64,000 nucleotides of DNA from NCBI GenBank assembly GCA_031414535.1, contig JANNVQ010000001.1:30744-94743 (forward strand), written 5' to 3'. Origin of the DNA: Gemmatimonas sp. (GTDB taxonomy: Bacteria > Gemmatimonadota > Gemmatimonadetes > Gemmatimonadales > Gemmatimonadaceae). Of this stretch, positions 31,401 to 40,454 are shown one piece after another. A model generated the notes under the pieces. The model saw only the letters and a program-made list of their open reading frames with translations. It did no database searches and was not told the origin of the DNA. The translations under genes were made by a program, and so were the position numbers. Each line of letters opens with the position of its first letter. The stretch's first letter is position 1.

Positions 31401-32144
31401 TCACTTCCCTGGCGCGGGTTCGGCGAGGAACATGTAGTTGATGCGATTGTTGTACTGGGCCATGAACTCCGCCTCAGTGAGCGGCGACTTCTTGTCGAGC
31501 CAGTCCTGCATCAACCACAAACGCATGCCGAGTTCGTCCGTCATGAAAGACCAGACGTATTCGGGCTTGGTGCCGTAGAACTCCGCTGAGCCCTGACCAA
31601 ACTCGAATACGATGGTTGGCCGGCTGCGTCGAATAGTATGGACGCCGCCGCGCATGACCATGAACTCGGCGCCTTCCACATCAATCTTGATGAAATCGAT
31701 CTTGACGTCGGCGGGAATGGCATCGTCCATGCGGAGCACCTCAATGATCGTATCGCGCGTCTGGTCTTCGTTCACCGGATACTCGCGGCGTCTAAACCCG
31801 CTGCGCGCCGGCGCCTGAACCGCCAAGACGAAACTCATGGTCCCCGTTGAGTCTCCCAGTGCGCAATTGCAGATCTCGGCTTCAGGGAAGTCCTCTTCCA
31901 ATTGCTGAAAAAAGTTTGGCTGCGGCTCAAAGGCAAAGGTTCGGCCGCGAGGAGCAATCTTCATCAGGTCTTGCAGAATCTCGCCGATGTACGCGCCCAC
32001 GTCGATGCTGGCGCTGGAGTCGTTCATTACGCGGCGCGCCACCTCGATTGTCTGACGGTTGTAGCGCGAGTCCATGCCTTCCTCGCAACCCTGCGTCACC
32101 ACTAAGAGTCCAGCGATCAATGAGACGGAACGAAGATTCAGCAT
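31401..32144 (-). CDS. FkbM family methyltransferase
   Basis: IDVGAYIG, FAFEPQP, NCALG, KIDFIKIDVEGAE and RPTIVFE. Confidence 0.9.
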   Translation of the reverse strand: MLNLRSVSLIAGLLVVTQGCEEGMDSRYNRQTIEVARRVMNDSSASIDVGAYIGEILQDLMKIAPRGRTFAFEPQPNFFQQLEEDFPEAEICNCALGDSTGTMSFVLAVQAPARSGFRRREYPVNEDQTRDTIIEVLRMDDAIPADVKIDFIKIDVEGAEFMVMRGGVHTIRRSRPTIVFEFGQGSAEFYGTKPEYVWSFMTDELGMRLWLMQDWLDKKSPLTEAEFMAQYNNRINYMFLAEPAPGK

Positions 32145-32170
32145 GAGTGATGAAGAAGTGTTTGTTGGGC

Positions 32171-32206
32171 CGCGCCTTCCACCTCAATCTTAATGGAATC
32201 CATCTT
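32171..32206 (-). repeat. 36-bp imperfect direct repeat of the FkbM motif codons at 31668-31703
   Basis: cgcgccttccacctcaatcttaatggaatccatctt versus ggcgccttccacatcaatcttgatgaaatcgatctt (31/36 identical); translates as KMDSIKIEVEGA versus KIDFIKIDVEGA. Confidence 0.8.
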
Positions 32207-32240
32207 ACCCATGCGCTCACCGTAGGGACGGGTCAGAGTC

Positions 32241-33044
32241 CTACACGCGTTCACCACCAGCGATTGAACGAAGGGCATCGGTAACGATCCAGTGCCCACG
32301 GTTCACGAAATGCCACGCCGCGCCGAGCAACTGCGTCAACTGGAACCGAGGACTCCGCGCGCGCGCGCGAAAGCGCGCGCTGATGCGCGGCCAGTCCTGA
32401 GGCCCGACGAGCGGCCGTGCGCTACGCCAGAAGTTGCTCGCTTCTGTGGATACGGCAGGTGCGCTGAACCGGCTCATCACCAACGGCCCGGCAAGTGCGC
32501 CGTACATGCGCTCCATCGCGACCTCAGGCTCTGCAGGGCCGGGCAACCATGATCCGTAGAACGGGACTCGACTGAGGGGCAAGAGTTCCCGCTCCCGGAG
32601 GTGGCGACGCGGTTCGTGTGCATCGAAGTGCGCACCATCTGCCGCTGCCGTGCGCGTAAGTAATCCCAGTTCCGTCAGCCCAGCGTGAGCGAAGGGAACG
32701 AGCGTCGTCGGAAACGCAAAGAAGTATCCATGCTGACGCCGGAACCTGAGGGTGAACCCGTGCGCGCGACAGACCGCAGCAAAGCGCGAATCAAGATCTT
32801 GCGTTGAAGCGTCGAGGAGGAAAGCGTCGGCGTCGTCATCCCAGGGCAGCAAGCCTTGCAGACGCAGCGCTCCGAGCAGCAGTCCTTTGTGCGCCACCGG
32901 GGTAAATCCGTGCTCCTCGAGCGCCGAGATGACGAAAAGCAGGCTATCGACGGCGTCGGTCGCGAACCACGACGGCATCATCAGGATGCGCGGTCGATTA
33001 CTGGGACGTAGCTCCCTCAGCTTGCCGCGGAGCCCGGTCAGCAT
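32241..33044 (-). CDS. LicD family phosphotransferase
   Basis: GLLLGALRLQGLLPWDDDAD matches the LicD GTLLGAVRH.GFIPWDDDID motif; LLPL..VPFYG...P and MYG; the ATG overlaps the upstream stop (TGATG). Confidence 0.8.
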   Translation of the reverse strand: MLTGLRGKLRELRPSNRPRILMMPSWFATDAVDSLLFVISALEEHGFTPVAHKGLLLGALRLQGLLPWDDDADAFLLDASTQDLDSRFAAVCRAHGFTLRFRRQHGYFFAFPTTLVPFAHAGLTELGLLTRTAAADGAHFDAHEPRRHLRERELLPLSRVPFYGSWLPGPAEPEVAMERMYGALAGPLVMSRFSAPAVSTEASNFWRSARPLVGPQDWPRISARFRARARSPRFQLTQLLGAAWHFVNRGHWIVTDALRSIAGGERV

Positions 33045-34060
33045 CAGTTGGCGCGGTCGAGCTTTGCGTTCACCCACACCCAGTGGTGCCTCCATCCCAA
33101 CAGAATACGCCGCAGCGTGAGGATGTAGCGTGCGCCCAGCCAAACACCGAGGACCATCGCCGCAGTCGTCGCCATCGACGAAGGAAGCAACCACAGCAGC
33201 CCAGCGCCAAGCACCGCGCTCCACGTTGGCTCAGGATGCCCGCCCGTGGTGGTGTGCGCATGCATCAGCCGTGCAATCATCTCCGCGCCGGCGCCGGCGA
33301 CGAGCAGCCACCCCCACACCGGATGCACACCTGCGCGCTGCGCCCATACGGCCAAGGCCACGAGTGCGGCCAATTGTACCGCCACGCGCCACGGCAGGCC
33401 GCGCAGAGATCGCATGATGGTCACGCTCACGCTCGCGGCCATTACGCAGCCGAGCACCGTCACGACCGCGTGCCGCGGCCAGGCACCGACCCACAGGGGT
33501 GCGGACCACCACTCACGCATCGCCGGAAGAGCCCAACTGCCATAAAACAGCGTGGCGAGTACGATGGCCTCGAGCGTGCCCCATCGAGTGAAGTGCAAGC
33601 GGCGCTGTATTGCACGCTGGGCGTAGGTAATCGTGAAGCCCGCGACCATGAGCAAGGTCATCAGCGGGGTGAGCGGGGTGGCCAAGGTGCCAAGCATGGC
33701 GCCCCACCCGAATACCAGAATGCAGCCTGCCCAGTAATCGCAGTGGTGGTCGAGGAAGTCTCCAAGTGGGGAGGTCGTCCCGGTGGCCTTCGCCTGCATG
33801 CCATCCAAGTGATCGCCGGCTACGTAGAGCTGGATGCAGAGCAGTTGCAGGAGCGCGAACCAAGTAGCACCGAGTCGCTCGACGACGAGCGCGCCCGCCA
33901 ACACCGCCAGGAGCAGACCGGTTGACAAGAGCGTGAGCACGTTCGCAGCCAGCCATCGCGGCAGCAGCGGGAACAAGCGCTCGAACCACAGGCGCGTGAG
34001 CCACGGACGAGCTACCGACGCATCGGTGAACTCGTAACGGTTATCGGGCGTAGAAGGCAC
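33044..34060 (-). CDS. CDP-alcohol phosphotransferase of the eukaryote-like CEPT/EPT type
   Basis: LPRWLAANVLTL and DHLDGMQAKATGTTSPLGDFLDHHCD (DxxDGxxAR...GxxxDxxxD, with K for R); multiple TM segments. Confidence 0.85.
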   Translation of the reverse strand: MPSTPDNRYEFTDASVARPWLTRLWFERLFPLLPRWLAANVLTLLSTGLLLAVLAGALVVERLGATWFALLQLLCIQLYVAGDHLDGMQAKATGTTSPLGDFLDHHCDYWAGCILVFGWGAMLGTLATPLTPLMTLLMVAGFTITYAQRAIQRRLHFTRWGTLEAIVLATLFYGSWALPAMREWWSAPLWVGAWPRHAVVTVLGCVMAASVSVTIMRSLRGLPWRVAVQLAALVALAVWAQRAGVHPVWGWLLVAGAGAEMIARLMHAHTTTGGHPEPTWSAVLGAGLLWLLPSSMATTAAMVLGVWLGARYILTLRRILLGWRHHWVWVNAKLDRAN

Positions 34061-34114
34061 GGCGGGAATCTAGCGCATGCCTCGGCGGCTGAGAGAGCTG
34101 ATAGATTGTCTCAA

Positions 34115-35710
34115 ATGGATTCTCATAAGTCCCCCGCCAGTTCCCCCGCCGCCCACCTCCGCGCCCTCTGGGCCGCAGGGAAGGTCGTCCGCACCGCTGG
34201 TGCCCACGACGTCCTAGGCGCGCGCCTCGCCGTGCGGGCAGGCGTTGATGCCATCTGGGCGTCTGGCTTTGAACTCTCCACGGCCCACGGCGTCCCCGAT
34301 GCCAGCATCCTCACCATGACAGACATGCTGAGCGCCGCCCAGAGCATCGCGCAGGGCGTGGCACCGGTTCCCGTCATCGCCGACTGCGACACTGGCTTTG
34401 GCTCGTCAGCGAATGTCATCCGAATGGTCCAGCTCTTTGAGGCCGCTGGGGTCGCCGCCGTCTGCCTCGAGGACAAGCAGTACCCCAAGCTCAACAGCTT
34501 CGTCGCCGGCAAGCAGGAACTGGCGTCCATCGCAGAGTTCGTCGGCAAACTGCTGGCAGCGAAGAACGCCCAGCGAGATCCCAATTTCATTGTCATCGCC
34601 CGCACCGAGGCACTTATTGCCGGTTGGGGAGTTGACGAAGCAATCCGCCGTGGGCAGGCCTACGTGCGCGCCGGCGCGGATGCCCTCCTCATCCACGACA
34701 AGTCGCCCAACGGTGAGCTCATGCGTGAGGTGCTCTCGCGCTGGCGTCCCGAAGTTCCGGTCGTCGTCGTACCCACGACCTACCCAGCCTTTGGCGTGGC
34801 CGAGTGCGAAGCACATGGCATCTCCACTGTTATCTGGGCCAACCAGGGAATTCGTGCGGCGGCCCAGGCCATCGGCGACACCTGGGCGCAGATTCTACGT
34901 GACGGACACACCGCCGACGCTGAGCGCACAATCGCACCGATGCGCACGCTGTTCGAACTGCAGGGCATGCCCGCGCACACGGCCGCCGAGAAGAATTACG
35001 ATCGCGCCGGCGTGGTCCCAACGCGCGCCGTCATTCTCCATGCCGGCGCGCATGCCGATGAGCCCACGCTCGCCCCGCTCACCGCCGATGCCCCGCTCGC
35101 GGCGCTGGACATCAACGGCGCCTCTCTGTTGGAGCGTCAGATGACGGCGCTACGGCAGTGCGGCGTGACAGACATTACGGTCGTTGGAGGCTTTCGCGCC
35201 GATGCGCTGCCGGAGAGCGACGCACGCGTGGTGGTGAACGCTGAGTGGGCCAGCACCGGCGAGATGGGCTCCCTGCGCTGCGCCGGCACGGATGAGCGAC
35301 GCACCTTGGTGTGCTACGGCGACATCATCGTGCAACCCGATTTGCTGCGGCGACTCCTGCGATGCGACGACCCGGCGGTGATTGTGGTAGACCGCACACC
35401 ATCAGCGAACACGCGAGACCCGGTGCGTATGCCAAACGAACGCAATGGCCACCGCTTCCTCTCACCGGAAGCACCAACGCCGGTGGAAGCGATTGGCAGG
35501 GGCGTCGAGGGCGCCAACGCCGAGTTCACCGGACTCGCACTGCTTGACGCCGAGCACTTCGACCGCCTCATCGCGGCGGCCGACCCGCTTCGCTCGCTCC
35601 CCGATGCGCTAGCAACGGTCCAACTCGTCGCGCTCGAGGTCACGAGTGGTTGGCTCGAGCTCCGCTCATTTTCACACTACGAAACCGCCTGCCGCCAGAC
35701 CACACGATGA
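34115..35710 (+). CDS. pepM: Phosphoenolpyruvate mutase fused to a C-terminal NTP-transferase-like domain
   Basis: Diagnostic EDKQYPKLNS (EDKxxxxxNS); WASGF, GVPDAS, ADCDTGFG, ARTEALIAG and VVVPTTY. Start is ATG 34115 or TTG 34106. Confidence 0.95.
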   Translation: MDSHKSPASSPAAHLRALWAAGKVVRTAGAHDVLGARLAVRAGVDAIWASGFELSTAHGVPDASILTMTDMLSAAQSIAQGVAPVPVIADCDTGFGSSANVIRMVQLFEAAGVAAVCLEDKQYPKLNSFVAGKQELASIAEFVGKLLAAKNAQRDPNFIVIARTEALIAGWGVDEAIRRGQAYVRAGADALLIHDKSPNGELMREVLSRWRPEVPVVVVPTTYPAFGVAECEAHGISTVIWANQGIRAAAQAIGDTWAQILRDGHTADAERTIAPMRTLFELQGMPAHTAAEKNYDRAGVVPTRAVILHAGAHADEPTLAPLTADAPLAALDINGASLLERQMTALRQCGVTDITVVGGFRADALPESDARVVVNAEWASTGEMGSLRCAGTDERRTLVCYGDIIVQPDLLRRLLRCDDPAVIVVDRTPSANTRDPVRMPNERNGHRFLSPEAPTPVEAIGRGVEGANAEFTGLALLDAEHFDRLIAAADPLRSLPDALATVQLVALEVTSGWLELRSFSHYETACRQTTR

Positions 35711-36831
35711 CGGCACTCGTGTCTTCTGCGGGATTCGTTGACGCCTGCACCGCGAAGGGACTCGGCCCTTGGCTCGGCGTGCCGTGTTCGTTCCTGCGCC
35801 CTTTCATCAACTACGTCATTGGTCGCTCCGATCTCGACTACGTAGCGGCGACCAACGAAGGCGAAGCGCTCGCAATCGCCGCAGGAACTTGGCTGGCCGG
35901 CCGCACGCCGGTGGTGATGTTGCAGAACTCGGGCTTGGGCAACCTCATCAACCCGCTAGCGTCTCTCAATTATCCGTTCCGTATTCCGGCCTTGATCATC
36001 GTGACCTGGCGAGGCGAGCCAGGACGTCCCGACGAGCCGCAGCATGAGCTCATGGGGCAGGTCACAGGGCAGCTCCTTGACGTACTGCATGTGCGACACG
36101 AGCCGTTTCCGGCGCGCGACGAGGATGTACCGGCAGCCGTCGAGCGCGCCACCGCGCACATGAGGGAAACGGGACTTCCCTTCGCGTTCATTTTGCGCAA
36201 AGGCACGGTCACCGACCACGAGCTGCCGAGCAATGGTACCGATGACGTGCCCCGCCCTGCGCGCCGCGACGCATTGCAGGCCATCGGCGAGGCTATCAGC
36301 GAGCAGACCATCGTCGTGGCCACCACTGGCAAGACGGGCCGTGAGTGGTTTGAAGTAGGAGATCGCGCGCGCAATCTCTATTTGGTGGGCTCCATGGGAT
36401 GCGCACCGAGCGTCGCGCTCGGTGTGGCCCGCCAGCAAACCGACCCCGTGTTGGTGATTGATGGCGATGGTGCCGCGCTGATGCGGCTTGAAGCGTGGGC
36501 GTCCGTGGGCCATCAAGGCCCGCGGCAGTTCGTGCATGTAGTGCTCGACAACGCGGCCTACGATTCCACCGGTGCGCAGGCGACCATCAGTCCGCACGTG
36601 GACTTTCCGGCGATTGCCCGCGCGCTCGGGTACCGGAGCGCGCAAGCGGTACTCGATGCCGCCGCGCTCTCGCGCGCAGTTCGTGAGGCGCAAGCGAGTG
36701 CTGGCCCGCATTTGATTCACTGCCGCATTGGTCTTGGCTCACCGCCTGAGCTCAGCCGACCGTCAGTTGCCCCGCGTGAGGTCGCGCGTCGCGTGCGCGC
36801 AGCGATCTCGACATCGGAGCAGCCACAGTGA
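35707..36831 (+). CDS. ppd: Phosphonopyruvate decarboxylase
   Basis: GVPCSFL, TNEGEA, MLQNSGLGN..NPL.SL, DEPQHELMG, TTGKTGRE, VGSMG and DGDGAALM; ATGA overlap with pepM. Confidence 0.95.
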   Translation: MTALVSSAGFVDACTAKGLGPWLGVPCSFLRPFINYVIGRSDLDYVAATNEGEALAIAAGTWLAGRTPVVMLQNSGLGNLINPLASLNYPFRIPALIIVTWRGEPGRPDEPQHELMGQVTGQLLDVLHVRHEPFPARDEDVPAAVERATAHMRETGLPFAFILRKGTVTDHELPSNGTDDVPRPARRDALQAIGEAISEQTIVVATTGKTGREWFEVGDRARNLYLVGSMGCAPSVALGVARQQTDPVLVIDGDGAALMRLEAWASVGHQGPRQFVHVVLDNAAYDSTGAQATISPHVDFPAIARALGYRSAQAVLDAAALSRAVREAQASAGPHLIHCRIGLGSPPELSRPSVAPREVARRVRAAISTSEQPQ

Positions 36832-37889
36832 TTCTCTTCTCTCCTGGTCCGTCCAACATCAGCGAGCGGGTACGGAACGCGCTGCTGCATCCTGACATCG
36901 GTCACCGCGAACCGGAGTTCGGCGCGCTGCTAAACGATGTGCGCAATGGCATCCGCGACGTGTGCGATGTACCCGCATCATACGAAATCGTGTTCCTCGG
37001 CGGCTCCGGCTCAGTGGGCATTGAGTCTGTGGTTGCGGCGGCAGGGCCGCTCGGCAAACTGCTGGTGATTGCCAATGGTCCCTACGGCGAGCGTGCGGCT
37101 GCGATGGCGCGTCATCACGGCACGACAACCGATGAGTGGCGCTTGCCTTGGGGCGCGGCCATTCCGCTGGACGAACTGGATGCACGCCTGCGCGACGGTG
37201 GCCATGGTGCGGTGTACGTGGTGCATCACGAGACCGCCACGGGACGACTGAATCCGCTTGCTGACATCGCGGCCGTAGCGAAGCGTCACGGCGCGCAGAT
37301 GCTTGCCGACACCATCAGCTCCATTGGCGGTGAAGTGCTCCACATCGAAGGCTGGAGCCTCGACGCGGTGATTGGTAGCGCCAACAAGTGCTTGCGCGGA
37401 GTGCCGGGCGCGGCCTTTGTGATTGCCTCGCCGCGTTTCGGCGCAGCGGCGCGCCAGCAGAAGGCTGCCCACTACAGCAATTACGCTTCACACGCCGACG
37501 GACAGCTGAAGGGAGAGTTCCCCTTCACGCCGCCGCTGCACGCGATGTTTGCGTTGCGTGAGGCAGTGGCTGAGACTCGCGATGAAGGCCCGGCGCAGCG
37601 CATCGCGCACTATGCGTCGCTGATGGATTGCTTGCGGGTGGGACTCGATGCACTTGGGCTTTCGCCGATTATCGCACGCGAGCACGGCGGCCACACGATT
37701 GCGGCGATGCCGTTGCCCGAGGGCTGGACCTATGCGCGCCTGCACGACGCGCTGAAGGCCGACGAACTGGTGATCTACGCCGCGCAGGGGCCACTCGCCG
37801 CCACGCACTTTCGCGTGGGCCTCATTGGTCACTACGGTCTCGAGGCAGTAGAGCAATTACTTGCGGCGCTCGGGCGGCATCTCACGTGA
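36828..37889 (+). CDS. aepZ: 2-aminoethylphosphonate aminotransferase (class V PLP enzyme)
   Basis: LFSPGP, DIGHREPEF, NGPYGER, VHHETATG.LNP, SANKCLRGVPG and PFTPP. Confidence 0.9.
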   Translation: MILFSPGPSNISERVRNALLHPDIGHREPEFGALLNDVRNGIRDVCDVPASYEIVFLGGSGSVGIESVVAAAGPLGKLLVIANGPYGERAAAMARHHGTTTDEWRLPWGAAIPLDELDARLRDGGHGAVYVVHHETATGRLNPLADIAAVAKRHGAQMLADTISSIGGEVLHIEGWSLDAVIGSANKCLRGVPGAAFVIASPRFGAAARQQKAAHYSNYASHADGQLKGEFPFTPPLHAMFALREAVAETRDEGPAQRIAHYASLMDCLRVGLDALGLSPIIAREHGGHTIAAMPLPEGWTYARLHDALKADELVIYAAQGPLAATHFRVGLIGHYGLEAVEQLLAALGRHLT

Positions 37890-38608
37890 TGCACGCGCTC
37901 ATTCTCGCGGCCGGCGTTGGCTCACGGCTGGGCCTCGCCGATGACCGACCCAAATGCTTGGTGGAAATCGGCGGCCGCGCGCTTCTTGATCGCTACCTCG
38001 ATGCACTCGCGCTACTCGGCGTCCCAGTGACCATCGGGGTCGGCCACCAAGCCGAGCGCATCGCGGCGCACGTGGGCACACGGGCACAGTTGGTGGTGAA
38101 CCCCAACTACAAGCAGGGCTCGATTACCACGCTCGCGCACACGATGCAGAGCCTTCCGCCAGGGATTGAGCAGTTACTCGTCCTCGATGGCGATGTGTTT
38201 GCGCCCGCCTCGTTCTTCGCGACGCTTGTTGCTCACAATGGCAACGCCTTGCTGGTGGATATCGGGACGGAGTTCACCGACGAGCAGTACATGGCCGGTA
38301 TCACCGCGGACCGCGTCCGGCAGTTGCGGCGCGGGCCGGTGCCGGGGCACGAGCAGCACGGCGAGTGGGTGGGCTTCGCTCGCTTGACCGCGTCGGCCGT
38401 CGAAGCGCTGCGAAATGGCGTGGCCGTGCAGGTGGGGCGCGGTGAAGTGTCGGGTGGGTACGAGGACGCGCTGGCCTCGCTGCTTACTACGCACCATGTG
38501 GTGGCGCTAGCGACGCAGGGCGCGCCGTGGGTGGAGATTGATTTTCCGGCGGATCTGGCGCGGGCGGGTGAGCTTGCTGCGAACGAGCGGACCGAAGGTC
38601 CGCACTAA
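37889..38608 (+). CDS. PntC/LicC-like (phosphonate) cytidylyltransferase
   Basis: ALILAAGVGSRLG...RPKCLVEIGG, LDGDV, GEWVGF, YEDAL and WVEIDFPADL; TGATG overlap with the aminotransferase. Confidence 0.85.
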   Translation: MHALILAAGVGSRLGLADDRPKCLVEIGGRALLDRYLDALALLGVPVTIGVGHQAERIAAHVGTRAQLVVNPNYKQGSITTLAHTMQSLPPGIEQLLVLDGDVFAPASFFATLVAHNGNALLVDIGTEFTDEQYMAGITADRVRQLRRGPVPGHEQHGEWVGFARLTASAVEALRNGVAVQVGRGEVSGGYEDALASLLTTHHVVALATQGAPWVEIDFPADLARAGELAANERTEGPH

Positions 38609-38623
38609 GCACTCACTGGAGGG

Positions 38624-39601
38624 TCAGGCGTTCTGGTCATCGATGGTGGCTACCGCGGCACTCTTCGGTCGTCCGCTCCACCTCAGTCCGACAGCGCGGA
38701 GCAACATTGCCGCAGCGTGCGCCGACAATGCGACGACATTCAGCACGATGAGTCGGATGAATTTGCCGACGGAGCGGTCGGTTGCCCACCACACTTGGCG
38801 CACGCTATGCCAGAGGGCGGCCGCCATGAGGAGCCCTAATCCGACCGCGAATGCTACAGGTCTGCTGGGCCATGGAACGATGATGGCCGCCAGGATGACG
38901 CCGTAGGCTGCAGCCATGGCGAGGGTCGGGCCGAATGTCCCACGTGAGATGCCGTAGCGAAATAGCGTCCAAGCCTCAAATCCGTGCCAGAGCTGCTGGC
39001 GGGCAAACGCGCGCAGGTTCCTGGGGCCGCCGATGTGCGTCACCCGCACGCGCGCGTCGCAGAAGAGCGGACCTTGGCGGCAGAGGGCGTGCGAGAGCAC
39101 GACATCTTCAGAGCTCACCAACGATTCGTCGAAGCCACCCGCGAGTTCAAATACCGCGCGCGGAACGATCAAATTACCGGACCAGAGCTCCTGCGTCCTC
39201 CAGCGCTTGGGTGTCACCACGCCGCACCAGAGTGCTTCAATCCAACTCGCCTCGCTCGGCAGGTCGTAGAGGTTGCCAACGGCAACACCACCGTCCGCCA
39301 AGGCCGCAAGACCGCCAGTGAGCCAGTTGGGATCTGCCACGCAGTCGGCATCGATGAACGCGAGCACCGAGCCGCGGGCAATTTGCGCCGCGCGATTGCG
39401 CAGCGCGCTGACGGTGCCGCTGGGCATTGGGATGACCTGCGCACCGAAAACTGCGGCTATCGCTACGGTATCGTCATCGGAACCGTTATCGACAACAAGC
39501 ACCTCGTAGTCGTCAGGCGCGAGGGTTTGGGCGCGCAGTGACGCGAGGCAGTGCCCAATGCGCGCGGCTTCGTTTCGTGCCGGAATGATGACGGAGATCA
39601 C
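38624..39601 (-). CDS. GT2 family glycosyltransferase with C-terminal TM helices
   Basis: ISVIIPARNE, VVDNGSDD, FIDADC and GGFDE...SED. Confidence 0.9.
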   Translation of the reverse strand: MISVIIPARNEAARIGHCLASLRAQTLAPDDYEVLVVDNGSDDDTVAIAAVFGAQVIPMPSGTVSALRNRAAQIARGSVLAFIDADCVADPNWLTGGLAALADGGVAVGNLYDLPSEASWIEALWCGVVTPKRWRTQELWSGNLIVPRAVFELAGGFDESLVSSEDVVLSHALCRQGPLFCDARVRVTHIGGPRNLRAFARQQLWHGFEAWTLFRYGISRGTFGPTLAMAAAYGVILAAIIVPWPSRPVAFAVGLGLLMAAALWHSVRQVWWATDRSVGKFIRLIVLNVVALSAHAAAMLLRAVGLRWSGRPKSAAVATIDDQNA

Positions 39602-40380
39602 GACTCAGGCGGCGCAATCCAATCCGCGAGCCGCTGACGCAGCCCGGCGAATCGAACTTGGCGATCCATATCCTGCGTGAACGCACTCCACTTGCGTTTG
39701 AACTTGGCGTAATTGGCCTCGTACAGATCCAGTCGCGCTTGCGTACCAAGAATGCGATTGCCGGTCGAGCCCCACTCGTGGTACACAAACACACGATGAT
39801 GGACATAGATATCCAAATCAGCCGAGAAGATTTTGAAGCACATATCAAGATCTTCACCGCCAGCAATCTCGAACTCCTCGGAGAAGTTACCGACCTTCGC
39901 GAGCGCCTCACGCGAAAAGAGCATGAAGGCCCCGACGATGAACTTCTTGAACCGCGGGATCTTTACCGGACCGAGGAGATGCAGGTGAGAACTCTTTCCT
40001 TGGGGCATCTGATCCGGTCCCGCATGATTCATCACCGGACCTGCGAGGCCGACGTCGGTGTTGGTGAGGAAGATTTCACGCATCTCCTCGAACCAGTTGC
40101 GTGGCACCACGACGTCATCGTTAGACACCAAGACATATTGCCCGCTCGCCACGGCGATGCCGAGGTTCCACGCGGTACCAACCGCGACCCGCTCGTTGAT
40201 CCGGATGTACCGGTCGGCGTTGGACTCGATGAAGGCCGACGTACTGGCATTCTTGCCCGCGTTGTCTACGAAGATGAGCTCGTAGTCACAGCGCGTGTAC
40301 TGGCGGACGCTCGAGAGGAAGCGCTCGAGAATCGGCATGTCGGGGTCAATGCAGATGACGACGATGCTGAGTTCTTTCAC
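39598..40380 (-). CDS. GT2 family glycosyltransferase
   Basis: LIFVDNA, WNLGI, SNDDVVV and VGNFSEEF...GGEDLD. Confidence 0.88.
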   Translation of the reverse strand: MKELSIVVICIDPDMPILERFLSSVRQYTRCDYELIFVDNAGKNASTSAFIESNADRYIRINERVAVGTAWNLGIAVASGQYVLVSNDDVVVPRNWFEEMREIFLTNTDVGLAGPVMNHAGPDQMPQGKSSHLHLLGPVKIPRFKKFIVGAFMLFSREALAKVGNFSEEFEIAGGEDLDMCFKIFSADLDIYVHHRVFVYHEWGSTGNRILGTQARLDLYEANYAKFKRKWSAFTQDMDRQVRFAGLRQRLADWIAPPES

Positions 40381-40454
40381 GCTTGAAGCTAAGTGAGGCG
40401 GGACGCGCCCGTCGAGTGGTAGATTTGCCCCCTGCGTGGGGCTATCCTAGACCT

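Noticed and set aside
34115..35000. Isocitrate lyase / methylisocitrate lyase
   Set aside because: EDKxxxxxNS replaces the KKCGH-type motif, and ppd follows directly
34115..38608. Phosphonate antibiotic cluster or AEP catabolism (phnWX)
   Set aside because: No NRPS, ATP-grasp or phnX genes; a cytidylyltransferase plus lipid and glycan transferases indicate cell-envelope phosphonates
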